A stretch of DNA of 64,000 nt from a bacterium (lineage in GTDB: Bacteria; Omnitrophota; Gorgyraeia; Duberdicusellales; 4484-171): NCBI GenBank assembly GCA_021796115.1, contig JAJYOP010000001.1:119755-183754 (forward strand), in the 5' to 3' direction. A program made the translations under genes and the position numbers. Under the pieces are notes generated by a model. It did no database searches and was not told the DNA's origin. It saw only the letters and a program-made list of their open reading frames with translations. Below, one piece after another: positions 16,080-24,644 of this stretch. Position 1 is the first letter of the stretch. Each line of letters opens with the position of its first letter.

Positions 16080-16448
16080 ATGAGAAAGAAAAAAAGTTTT
16101 ACGCTTATCGAGTTAGTCATGGTTATTGTTATCCTGGGTATTTTAGCAATAGTGGCCGTACCAAAATATATTGATCTTTCAGGCCAAGCCAATCAGGCAG
16201 CAGAGCAGGGTGTTTTGGGCGGAGTCAGGTCCGGTATATCGACGTATTTTGCGCAGTTTAAAGCTTATCCAGCAACCTTGGATTCAGTTCCAATTCTTAC
16301 TTCCTGTAGTACCGCAAATCCATGTTTTACAAACGTTCTCTCGCAGGGCGGTGTTACTTCCCAATGGACAAAGACTAGTAATACCCTTTATAGAGGGCCG
16401 ACTGGTACATCATACACTTATAACTCTGCAGCTGGGACATTCCAATAA
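16080..16448 (+). CDS. Type IV pilin (paralog 2, Ser at -1)
   Basis: MRKKKS|FTLIELVMVIVILGILA; highly similar to 12183 and 16717. Confidence 0.8.
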   Translation: MRKKKSFTLIELVMVIVILGILAIVAVPKYIDLSGQANQAAEQGVLGGVRSGISTYFAQFKAYPATLDSVPILTSCSTANPCFTNVLSQGGVTSQWTKTSNTLYRGPTGTSYTYNSAAGTFQ

Positions 16449-16450
16449 TA

Positions 16451-16537
16451 ATGCGAGTTTTACAGAGTAAGGCTATAGCACTTATCGCCTGTGTAATACT
16501 TATTGTTTTTGCTTCTCTGGCTGTGTGGGGTGGATAG
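16451..16537 (+). pseudogene. Truncated 5' copy of the PilX-like gene (28 codons then stop)
   Basis: The first ~80 nt are identical to 17085-17165. The reading frame ends at TAG 16535-16537, at the duplication junction. Confidence 0.75.
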
Positions 16538-16552
16538 TTATGTTTGCCATTT

Positions 16553-16636
16553 TTCATTTTAGCTTGCGGAGTATGGCTAATGGCTTTAGGGGTGTTTTTG
16601 CCAAGGCGGAATATTATATCGCTTTTTAAAAAATAA
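16553..16636 (+). pseudogene. Remnant of the pilC 3' end
   Basis: Encodes ..ILACGVWLMALGVFLPRRNIISLFKK*, compared with the PilC C-terminus ILACGVLLMALGIFLPMWNIMSLFKK*. Confidence 0.8.
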
Positions 16637-16716
16637 AGGAGGTGGTGGTTCAAAGAGTCGATACAAGGGTGGTTGGAAAAATATAGAGATTAAGTATATC
16701 TAAAAGGAGGAGGATA

Positions 16717-17082
16717 ATGAGGAATAAAAAAAGTTTTACGCTTATCGAATTAATTATGGTTATTGTTATCCTGGGTATTTTAGCAATAGTGGCCGTACCA
16801 AAATATATTGATCTTTCAGGCCAAGCCAATCAGGCAGCAGAGCAGGGTGTTTTGGGCGGAGTCAGATCCGGTATATCGACTTTTTTTGCCTTTTGGAAAG
16901 CTTATCCACCAACCCTGGATAGTTCTCTCAATAGTGCCTGCAGCCCAACAAATGCATGTTTTACAAACGTTCTCTCGCAGGGCGGCATCATTTCTCAATG
17001 GACAAAAACTAGCGCTACAACTTATACTGGGCCGACCGGTACAATATACACTTATAACGCAGTAAATGGGACATTCCAATAA
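16717..17082 (+). CDS. Type IV pilin (paralog 3, Ser at -1)
   Basis: MRNKKS|FTLIELIMVIVILGILA; the first ~150 nt are nearly identical to paralog 2. Confidence 0.8.
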   Translation: MRNKKSFTLIELIMVIVILGILAIVAVPKYIDLSGQANQAAEQGVLGGVRSGISTFFAFWKAYPPTLDSSLNSACSPTNACFTNVLSQGGIISQWTKTSATTYTGPTGTIYTYNAVNGTFQ

Positions 17083-17084
17083 TA

Positions 17085-17873
17085 ATGCGAGTTTTACAGA
17101 GTAAGGCTATAGCACTTATCGCCTGTGTAATACTTATTGTTTTTGCTTCTCTGGCTGTGTGGGGAGTAGTTGTGTTTGTCGCTCAAAGGCTTCGGGCACA
17201 TACTGTAAAAGAAACATCCATCAAGGCTATTTATCTGGCGCAGGCAGGGCTTAATTATTCTTTATACCAGTATCGCCAGCGCGGAGTAGTTTTTTCAGGA
17301 AGAGTTAATCTGGATGCAAGCGATTATGCAGTAGTAAAAACAACCATCGGCGGCGGAGGAGCTTCTTCCGCCGTTATTGTTAATGCTGTAAAATCCTTTT
17401 TGGGAAATAATAATACGCAGTTACAAGGGGTAACTGTCGGAAATTTTTCGAGTTCCCCGATTACCATTAAGAAAATGATAGTGACCTGGACTTTGAATAA
17501 TAGGGCAATGCTTTCAATCCAGATTAGAGGCTTAACTGTTTGGTCCGGAAGAGCGACTTCGAGCCCTGCCGCTGTAAACATTATTAGCACCACTATACCT
17601 GCGAATAATGCTTACCCGATTAATATCCGGTTTAATAACTCGATGAGAAACACCATTATTACTTTACAATTTGTAATGAGTGACGGCACAATTACTTCTC
17701 CTTGTACGGTTTATCCGGCTCAAGGTTCTCTCTGTTCGCAAAGCCAGACACTTAGCATAAAAAGCATGGGTAAAACTACCCGTTCCGGCATATACCGGAC
17801 TGTTCAGGCTGTCTATAACGTATCTACGGGAGATGTCAACAGTTGTAGTGAAATCAATGCCACTGTACCTTAA
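17085..17873 (+). CDS. PilX-like pilus-associated protein (membrane anchored, not a prepilin)
   Basis: N-terminal TM helix followed by KAIYLAQAGLNYSLYQY, reminiscent of the PilX_N AxxAAEAGL motif. No G/FTLIE cleavage motif. Confidence 0.5.
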   Translation: MRVLQSKAIALIACVILIVFASLAVWGVVVFVAQRLRAHTVKETSIKAIYLAQAGLNYSLYQYRQRGVVFSGRVNLDASDYAVVKTTIGGGGASSAVIVNAVKSFLGNNNTQLQGVTVGNFSSSPITIKKMIVTWTLNNRAMLSIQIRGLTVWSGRATSSPAAVNIISTTIPANNAYPINIRFNNSMRNTIITLQFVMSDGTITSPCTVYPAQGSLCSQSQTLSIKSMGKTTRSGIYRTVQAVYNVSTGDVNSCSEINATVP

Positions 17874-18249
17874 AAAAAGTTTCACCTTAATCGAATTGAT
17901 TATGACTATAGTAGTGCTGGGGTTAATCGCCATTCCCTTAAGTATTTCTCTTACTGCGCAGGTAGAGGGTTTGGTTAAATCCGGACAATATACCCAAGCG
18001 CTTAATCTGGCGCGCTACGAAATGGAACGCGTTAATAACCTTCCTTTTGCAAGCGTTATTACTACCAGGTTTTCCCGGTATCAAGGTTATCCTTACGATG
18101 TGGTAGATACGGTAAGATATGTGCAGGGCGGCAGTGCGTCTGCCGAGGCGCTTAAACAGATAGCCATAAGCGTATCGAATGCAGGAACCAGTCAGGTATT
18201 AACAAGCCTTACTACTTATATTGCCAAAAACGTAAAGTATGGTTTATAA
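17857..18249 (+). CDS. Minor pilin / pseudopilin (prepilin-type N-terminal domain)
   Basis: MPLYLKKS|FTLIELIMTIVVLGLIA; start chosen at the Met nearest the leader. Confidence 0.7.
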   Translation: MPLYLKKSFTLIELIMTIVVLGLIAIPLSISLTAQVEGLVKSGQYTQALNLARYEMERVNNLPFASVITTRFSRYQGYPYDVVDTVRYVQGGSASAEALKQIAISVSNAGTSQVLTSLTTYIAKNVKYGL

Positions 18250-18790
18250 AAATAGCGCATTTACTCTTATCGAGCTGGTTATGACAATTGTGATAATCGG
18301 AATACTATCCGTAGTCGGAGCTTGGCTCATGGCTTATTTTGTGCAGGATTCTGTCTATATACCTCAGCAGCTGACTTCAGATATGGCAGGCCAAGAGGCT
18401 TTGGATATCATGATTGAAGGCGATAAGCAGGCTAAAGGTTTGCGTTTTAGCAAGGTAATCAGTAGTATAAGCAATAACCGGATTATTTTTACGAATCAGG
18501 ATGGCCAGACCATAACTTATATTTTGAATAGTGCTACCAACAAGCTTAGCCGTATAATTAACGGAACGTCTGCGCAAATTCCATATTATGCGGCCAGCGG
18601 CGTAAATATCGCCGCTGACGGCAGGGTGTTCTTTATTTATTACGATTCCAACGAAGCCATTACACGCATTGCGGCAAAAGTGCGCAGAATTGCTATTAAA
18701 CTCGTTGCTTCAACCGGTACAGGTTCTTTTCAAAACTGGAACGGAAAATCAGTTCTTGGCTCAAGTATCACAGTGCCCAGGTATCAATAG
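18239..18790 (+). CDS. Minor pilin / pseudopilin (prepilin-type N-terminal domain)
   Basis: MVYKNSA|FTLIELVMTIVIIGILS. Confidence 0.7.
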   Translation: MVYKNSAFTLIELVMTIVIIGILSVVGAWLMAYFVQDSVYIPQQLTSDMAGQEALDIMIEGDKQAKGLRFSKVISSISNNRIIFTNQDGQTITYILNSATNKLSRIINGTSAQIPYYAASGVNIAADGRVFFIYYDSNEAITRIAAKVRRIAIKLVASTGTGSFQNWNGKSVLGSSITVPRYQ

Positions 18791-18807
18791 CAAAAAAGGA
18801 GGGAAGT

Positions 18808-19047
18808 ATGGGAAAAGTAGTGCTTGTTTTTTGCGGTGCAGTTTCTTTGGTGGCGGGGATACTCTTCTTATTTTTTCCTAAAGCCCTGCAGAAAGCTAAT
18901 GACAATTTTAATAAAGCAACCAGCAAGGTGGCAGTGTCGCTTGATGAGCAGGTTTTGCGGGTGCGTGCAGGAATGGGTATATCCTGTATTTTGATTGCCG
19001 TTGGCTGTTTCTTTTTGGTTTATTGGATAATCAAAAAGCATGGCTAA
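18808..19047 (+). CDS. Small two-TM membrane protein
   Basis: GGAGGG Shine-Dalgarno, two hydrophobic helices; sits within the pilus operon. Confidence 0.5.
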   Translation: MGKVVLVFCGAVSLVAGILFLFFPKALQKANDNFNKATSKVAVSLDEQVLRVRAGMGISCILIAVGCFFLVYWIIKKHG

Positions 19048-20623
19048 ATTTTTATTCAGCCGGCGTAAATACATTCTGGTAATCGAAATAGGCAAAATAG
19101 CCTTGAAGGTAGCTTCTTTTTTGCGCTCTGCCTCAAGTTTAGAGCTATTAGACTACTCCTTAGAAAAAATAAATCCGGAAAACGATTCCTCTATCCAAAT
19201 CAGTGATTATCTGCACGCCTTTCTTAAGAAAGGCGTGCTTCCGGTAAAAGAGGCAATTTTAAGTATCGCGGATACGGATTCAGTAGCAATAAAATACTGC
19301 CAATTACCCGCCTTAAAACACAACGAGATATTAAGCGCAGCCATCTGGCAGCTAAAGGATCAGGTGCATTTTGACTTAGAAAGCGCTTATTTCGACTGGC
19401 GGGTTATTAAGGAATTCAGCGACGAAGAAGGTGCGCGCCAACAGGGTATTATTTTTGCGTTTTGCCGAAGAGAGGCAGTGGAAAAATACCTTGCTTGTCT
19501 TCGCCAATGCGGGTTGCACACTTCAGCAATTCTTGCCAGCGCGCTTAATTACGGCGAAGTCTTAAAGAGTTTAGCGAAAGATAAAACCGTTTCTTCGGAA
19601 ATAGTCCTTGACCTTGAATATCTTAATTCGGTTTTAAGCCTGTATATAGACAAGAAACTCCATTTTACCCGCTATCTGCCAGTTTCAGTGGACACCTACA
19701 CGCGTTCGTTGATAGGCACGCTTGCCTCTGAGAGGGGCAAAGTGGCTTTGACATTGAGTGAAGCTGAAGAAATAAGGGATAATATCGGAATACCTCAGGA
19801 CGCATCAGCCTTTGTTAAAGATAACCTGCAGGCAAGCCAGATTATTTCTTTAATCCGGCCGGTCCTTGAGAGCATAGTAAGGGAAACCAAACACTCCCTG
19901 AATTATTTTACCTCTACCCTTAATGCGCCGTTGCCGCAGATTATTTATACTACCGGCTTAGGGGCAAACCTGAAGAATCTGGACGCTTATCTGGCCAAAG
20001 AACTGGGTTTTCCCGTCGAAAGGCTTCCCTTTCCGGAAATTCTTTCTACCACGCGCATAAGCCAGGCCAAAGTGGAAAAAGATCGCAGCCAGCTGGTAAG
20101 CTGCGTGGGGGCTGTTTTGTTAGCCGGCCGCAATGTCAGCCTTTTAGCCGGAGGAGTAAGGATGCGTTGGGTTACGAATGCGTTAACAAAACGCTTGCTT
20201 TCTTTCTTCGCTGTCATAGGAGGAGTAGTTTTATTTCTCATGCTTATCTCTATTCTATCCATTCCCGTATATAGTTATCGCTTGAAAAAAGCCAAGAGTT
20301 TTTTTAGTGATAAAAAACAGCTTGCTTCTTTTTTTGAAAAAGCACAGACGGGAGGAAACCTGGTTTTTGAAGTTTCGCGCCAGCGGCTTAGCCTGGATGC
20401 ATTCCTGAATTTTATCAGCGAGTCTATTCCCGCTGGGCTACGCTTAAACGAGTTAGAGCTTAATCAATATCATGGCGAACTAACCCTTCAGGGGGAGGCG
20501 CGCCGGTCTCAGGATCTGGAGGCATTTTTAAAAAAGCTTGAGGCCTCAGATTATTTTTTAAGCCTTAAGCCTGTTACTATGCAAAGCCGGGATTTTAAGA
20601 TAAAATGCAAACTGCAATATTAA
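19040..20623 (+). CDS. PilM-PilN fusion (MshI-like pilus assembly protein)
   Basis: ~370-aa actin-like PilM-type region, then TM LLSFFAVIGGVVLFLMLISILSIPVY and a PilN-like periplasmic domain. Confidence 0.65.
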   Translation: MAKFLFSRRKYILVIEIGKIALKVASFLRSASSLELLDYSLEKINPENDSSIQISDYLHAFLKKGVLPVKEAILSIADTDSVAIKYCQLPALKHNEILSAAIWQLKDQVHFDLESAYFDWRVIKEFSDEEGARQQGIIFAFCRREAVEKYLACLRQCGLHTSAILASALNYGEVLKSLAKDKTVSSEIVLDLEYLNSVLSLYIDKKLHFTRYLPVSVDTYTRSLIGTLASERGKVALTLSEAEEIRDNIGIPQDASAFVKDNLQASQIISLIRPVLESIVRETKHSLNYFTSTLNAPLPQIIYTTGLGANLKNLDAYLAKELGFPVERLPFPEILSTTRISQAKVEKDRSQLVSCVGAVLLAGRNVSLLAGGVRMRWVTNALTKRLLSFFAVIGGVVLFLMLISILSIPVYSYRLKKAKSFFSDKKQLASFFEKAQTGGNLVFEVSRQRLSLDAFLNFISESIPAGLRLNELELNQYHGELTLQGEARRSQDLEAFLKKLEASDYFLSLKPVTMQSRDFKIKCKLQY

Positions 20624-21201
20624 AACAATTAATTCTAAGTCAATTGGGTAAGCTTAAGAAAGTTAACCTTAAATCTGCGAGGCAAAAAAAAATAATTGCC
20701 GCCTCGGTATTTATTATAATATTAGCTTTGGCTTATTTTCTTACGCTAAATACGCGCCAGCACTTGAGCCAAGATACGCTTTATTGGGAAGGCCGGGCAG
20801 CGCTAGCAAAAAACCTTTTGGCTAAATTCAAATCAGAAGAGGTAGTTCTTCATCTTTTAAAACAACAGGCCCGGAACTCCCAACGCATCATACGCTTGCC
20901 ACAGGGCCAAGATATAGTTCAGGCGGCCGAAGAGTACGCTCAAAGGATGAATATCCGGATAATTAATACAAAAAGTAAGGCCACGCATACCATTGTTATT
21001 GACTCCCGCGATGTCCAGGTTTATACAGTAGAGATAAAAGCCGAAGCCGGTTTTGTTAATCTCATGCGCTATTTTAACATGCTTTACCGAATTACCCCGG
21101 ATTTTGTTTCCGTAGACAGGCTAAAAGTTAGCAGAGATGCAAAAAATCAGGATAAGTTAAACGTTCAGGCAGAATTGAAGTTTTATCACTTATCATCATG
21201 A
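20605..21201 (+). CDS. PilO/MshJ-like pilus assembly protein
   Basis: Single TM, coiled-coil then alpha/beta domain. The call rests mainly on position between the PilMN fusion and the secretin. Confidence 0.5.
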   Translation: MQTAILKQLILSQLGKLKKVNLKSARQKKIIAASVFIIILALAYFLTLNTRQHLSQDTLYWEGRAALAKNLLAKFKSEEVVLHLLKQQARNSQRIIRLPQGQDIVQAAEEYAQRMNIRIINTKSKATHTIVIDSRDVQVYTVEIKAEAGFVNLMRYFNMLYRITPDFVSVDRLKVSRDAKNQDKLNVQAELKFYHLSS

Positions 21202-21674
21202 AGAAATTAGAGAAAAAAGACAGGTTAGAGCTGATTGTTACGGTTATTCTAATCATCGTTTTCATTGTTTTAGTTGCCGCCGTAAACCTGCACAAAAGTA
21301 CCGCCAGCCCGGATTACGCGCGTACTGCGCCGACAATATTTCGTACAAAGCAATACTTTAAAGACGGCGGGCAGCGTAACAAAGGCACGTCATTTATATT
21401 AAACAACTCTTACGGAGACATAGCCAGAATAAAACGCAATCCTTTTTCCTACGGCGTTTCCGGAAATAACCAGGAAGCAGGTCGCCTATCTAATTTATCG
21501 CTTACGGGAATAATCTGGAACATAACTAAGCCGTCAGCGGTAATTAATGGGCAAACCGTGGCTGTGGGGGATGTTATCGAAAATTTTAAGGTTACGCAGA
21601 TTAAGCAGGACAGCGTGGTCATAGAGAACGCAAATTCCAGGCTGGAATTGAAATTAAATCAAGGAGGGTCTTAA
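21198..21674 (+). CDS. Pilus assembly accessory protein with GspB/MshK/PilP-like C-terminal domain
   Basis: N-terminal TM. The C-terminal LTGIIWNITKPSAVINGQTVAVGDVIENFKVTQIKQDSVVIE is paralogous to the C-terminus of 24123-24596. Confidence 0.45.
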   Translation: MKKLEKKDRLELIVTVILIIVFIVLVAAVNLHKSTASPDYARTAPTIFRTKQYFKDGGQRNKGTSFILNNSYGDIARIKRNPFSYGVSGNNQEAGRLSNLSLTGIIWNITKPSAVINGQTVAVGDVIENFKVTQIKQDSVVIENANSRLELKLNQGGS

Positions 21675-21693
21675 AAAGGGAGGATATGGCTAG

Positions 21694-23310
21694 ATGAAGA
21701 AATATAAAATTATTGGAGAAATATCACTATTTTTATTCTTGCCTTATTTTTTTCTTTTCGCCGCCTCCGGCTATATTGAGTCTCTTGAGTTCAAAGATAC
21801 GGATATCAGGCAGGTTTTAAATGCTATTGCTGCCGAGGCCAGGAAGGAAGGCGACAATATAAATATTGTTGCCAGCCCTGAAGTGGAAGGGCTGGTCACC
21901 ATTGATTTAAAGAATATCGACTGGCGCACAGCATTAAAAACAATTCTTAAGACTTACAATTATGGCTATACAGAGCGTGGCGACATTATTACTGTCTCCG
22001 GCTCATTGGGGCCGTCTAGCCAGACCGGCTTAAAGATGGAATTGTTTAAATTTAAATACCTCTATGCGGATGTCGCTAAGAAACTAATCTCGCCTTTACT
22101 TTCTCCGGACGGAAAAGTTTCGGTTTTGGATATCCCGGAAGAAAGAATATATTCCAGCGGTACGGATTTATCTGCACAGAGTATGCCGTCGTCAAGCAGC
22201 ACTAACACCGGCGCAACGCCTTCGCCCACAGGCAATCCCACAGGCCAGGAAAGTCAAGGCCAGGCAAGCACAACCCATTCCAAAAGCCTGGTTGTTTACG
22301 ATACCGCGGAGAAACTTGACCAGATAAGCACTCTTTTGAGCGAACTGGACGTGATGCCAAAGCAAGTTTTAATCCAGGCGATTATTATGGAGGTAAGCCA
22401 GGATAGTCTTAAGGATATCGGTTTTGACTGGGGCACAGGCATTGGCGGTGCAACGTCAACTACCGGCCCTCTTCCAGTAAACGTACGCGGCGGAACTTTG
22501 GGCGGCCAGGGCATGAATTCCCAGGTTAACCCAAGTGTTTTTAATCCGTCAGAGAACAACGCAGCTTCATCGCCCGTGAATGGAATCTATCCCTATAATA
22601 CAGGGCTTCAGGTTCTATTCCAGAAGTTAAGCGGCACAAAATTTGAAGTAATTTTGCATGCCTTGGAAGAGGATGTCCGGACCAACACTCTTTCTAAGCC
22701 CATTATTCTGACTGCGAATAATCAAATGGCCTCTATCTTGATCGGCACGCAATATCCGATTATCCAAACCTCTTCAAGTACTCAGAGCACCTATTTAGTC
22801 GGCGGCTCGTTGCAGCAATATTTGGATGTGGGCATACAACTGAAAGTCAGGCCGCAGATTTGCGGTTCGCATGATCAATACATAAATTTGCTGCTTCATC
22901 CCATGGTCTCTACCATTAACAGTTATGCCAAAGTTTTTAGTTCGCAGCAGACGAGCCCGCTCGTAAGCCAACAGCCTATAGTCCAATATCCTATTATAGA
23001 TACCCGCGAAGCAGAGACGCAGATGTTTCTTAAAGACGGGGAAACTATTGTCATGGGCGGATTGCTTAAAAACGTGAAGTCAAACGAAGACACAGGCGTG
23101 CCTTTCTTAAGCAAGATTCCTCTATTGGGCAAGCTATTTAACCGTTCTACAAAGGATAAAAGTAAAATGGATTTGATGATTTTTATTACAGCCAAGATTG
23201 TTAAGCCCGGCGAAGTTTTGCCTCAAGAGGTCCTGGAAACAGAGACGCTTAAAAACCAATTTAAAGAGACGCAGCAAAAAGATAAAGCCGGCAGTAATTT
23301 TAAGAAATAG
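21694..23310 (+). CDS. Type IV pilus / T2SS-family secretin (PilQ/MshL-like)
   Basis: Secretin C-domain with GVPFLSKIPLLGKLF motif, N-terminal secretin-N modules, Ser/Thr/Pro-rich linker. Confidence 0.85.
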   Translation: MKKYKIIGEISLFLFLPYFFLFAASGYIESLEFKDTDIRQVLNAIAAEARKEGDNINIVASPEVEGLVTIDLKNIDWRTALKTILKTYNYGYTERGDIITVSGSLGPSSQTGLKMELFKFKYLYADVAKKLISPLLSPDGKVSVLDIPEERIYSSGTDLSAQSMPSSSSTNTGATPSPTGNPTGQESQGQASTTHSKSLVVYDTAEKLDQISTLLSELDVMPKQVLIQAIIMEVSQDSLKDIGFDWGTGIGGATSTTGPLPVNVRGGTLGGQGMNSQVNPSVFNPSENNAASSPVNGIYPYNTGLQVLFQKLSGTKFEVILHALEEDVRTNTLSKPIILTANNQMASILIGTQYPIIQTSSSTQSTYLVGGSLQQYLDVGIQLKVRPQICGSHDQYINLLLHPMVSTINSYAKVFSSQQTSPLVSQQPIVQYPIIDTREAETQMFLKDGETIVMGGLLKNVKSNEDTGVPFLSKIPLLGKLFNRSTKDKSKMDLMIFITAKIVKPGEVLPQEVLETETLKNQFKETQQKDKAGSNFKK

Positions 23311-23319
23311 AGAATAAAC

Positions 23320-24126
23320 ATGTATCGGGATTTCCTCAATTACTACGAATTAAGGAGCGTAGCTTTTAATATTACCAGCAATCCTGATTTCTTTTTTGAA
23401 AGCCGTTCTCATCAGGAAGCCATTTGTTCGTTATTATTCGGAATTCATGAAAGAAAAGGGATAATTCTGATTACCGGAGAGGTGGGAACCGGCAAAACCA
23501 CTCTCTGCAAGGCGCTTTTTAATAAACTTCCCGCGGAAGTAAAAATTTCCTTGATTCTTAATCCTTTTTTCAGCGAAGTCCAGTTGCTTAAAGCGATAGC
23601 CGAGGATTTCGGCTTAAAGGTCAGAAGCATAGAATTGCTTGATATTATCAATATTATAAACTCTTTTCTCATTAAGCTGAGTTTAAATAATGGCAACGCG
23701 GTTTTGGTAATCGATGAAGCGCAAAATCTTACTAATCAGCAGTTAGAACAAATCAGATTGCTTTCTAATTTAGAAACTAAAGACGAGAAGCTTCTGCAAA
23801 TTGTCCTGGTCGGGCAGCCGGAGTTAAAAGAAAAGATAAGCCAGTATAACTTAAGGCAGATTTACCAAAGAATCGTGGTCAAGAGCCACCTTACTCCACT
23901 TATGGATTATGAAGTTAAAGAATATATTGATTTCAGGCTGGGAAAAGCCGGCCATGGCAATGTAATTATCGCTCCGGAAGCCTACAGGATGATATACGAT
24001 TTTAGTAAAGGCATTCCCCGGCTGATTAATATTCTTTGCGAGCGGGCCATGATTTTAGGTTTCGTCCGCCAGCAGAGGATTTTGACAGAAGAGATATTTT
24101 TCAATTGCATTGAAGAGGTAAGATGA
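23320..24126 (+). CDS. ExeA/MshM-family AAA ATPase
   Basis: Walker A GEVGTGKTT, Walker B LVIDEAQNL, GQPEL motif typical of the GspA/ExeA family. Confidence 0.8.
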   Translation: MYRDFLNYYELRSVAFNITSNPDFFFESRSHQEAICSLLFGIHERKGIILITGEVGTGKTTLCKALFNKLPAEVKISLILNPFFSEVQLLKAIAEDFGLKVRSIELLDIINIINSFLIKLSLNNGNAVLVIDEAQNLTNQQLEQIRLLSNLETKDEKLLQIVLVGQPELKEKISQYNLRQIYQRIVVKSHLTPLMDYEVKEYIDFRLGKAGHGNVIIAPEAYRMIYDFSKGIPRLINILCERAMILGFVRQQRILTEEIFFNCIEEVR

Positions 24127-24596
24127 GTATTTTATACGACTACTTGAAAGTTTTAGAGAAAAAAAGAGGCCAGAGAATCTTAGACCAGCAGACAGCCGCC
24201 GGGCAAAAAAAGACAGTTATCCCGCCGTCTTACTGGCGAGCAAGTTTTGTTTTTCTTGCCGCGGTTTTAATTGTTTTTTTATTTTTCAGAAATGCAAAAA
24301 ATAATCAACCAAAAATAGCCGAGAAAATAGATACCAACCAGCAAAGCAATAGCCCCATTCCCAAGGATTCCAATAGCCTTGTTAGTAATAGCGACTCCAC
24401 TTTAGATTATTCTCTTAACGGCATTATTTATAATTCCAATTTTCCTTTCGCAATAATTAACGGCAAGTTGGTGGAAAAAAATGCAAAGATTGGTGACTGG
24501 CGGGTTGCGGAAATTTACCCTTCAGAGGTTAAGCTGGAGAATATCAACAATAATGCAGTGCTTACGCTTAAATTAAATTTATCCGACGAAAAATAA
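24123..24596 (+). CDS. GspB-like protein (partner of the ExeA-like ATPase)
   Basis: TM anchor; C-terminal LNGIIYNSNFPFAIINGKLVEKNAKIGDWRVAEIYPSEVKLEN. ATGA overlap with the ATPase gene. Confidence 0.5.
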   Translation: MSILYDYLKVLEKKRGQRILDQQTAAGQKKTVIPPSYWRASFVFLAAVLIVFLFFRNAKNNQPKIAEKIDTNQQSNSPIPKDSNSLVSNSDSTLDYSLNGIIYNSNFPFAIINGKLVEKNAKIGDWRVAEIYPSEVKLENINNNAVLTLKLNLSDEK

Positions 24597-24644
24597 CAAA
24601 AATTTTATTGGAACTTTTGAAAACTGCATAATAATATTAATAAG

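Noticed and set aside
16171-16470. Alternative-frame ORFs inside the pilin genes (16171-16470, 16808-17065, 16816-17079)
   Set aside because: They are out of frame with well-supported prepilin ORFs and are duplicated only because the underlying DNA is duplicated.
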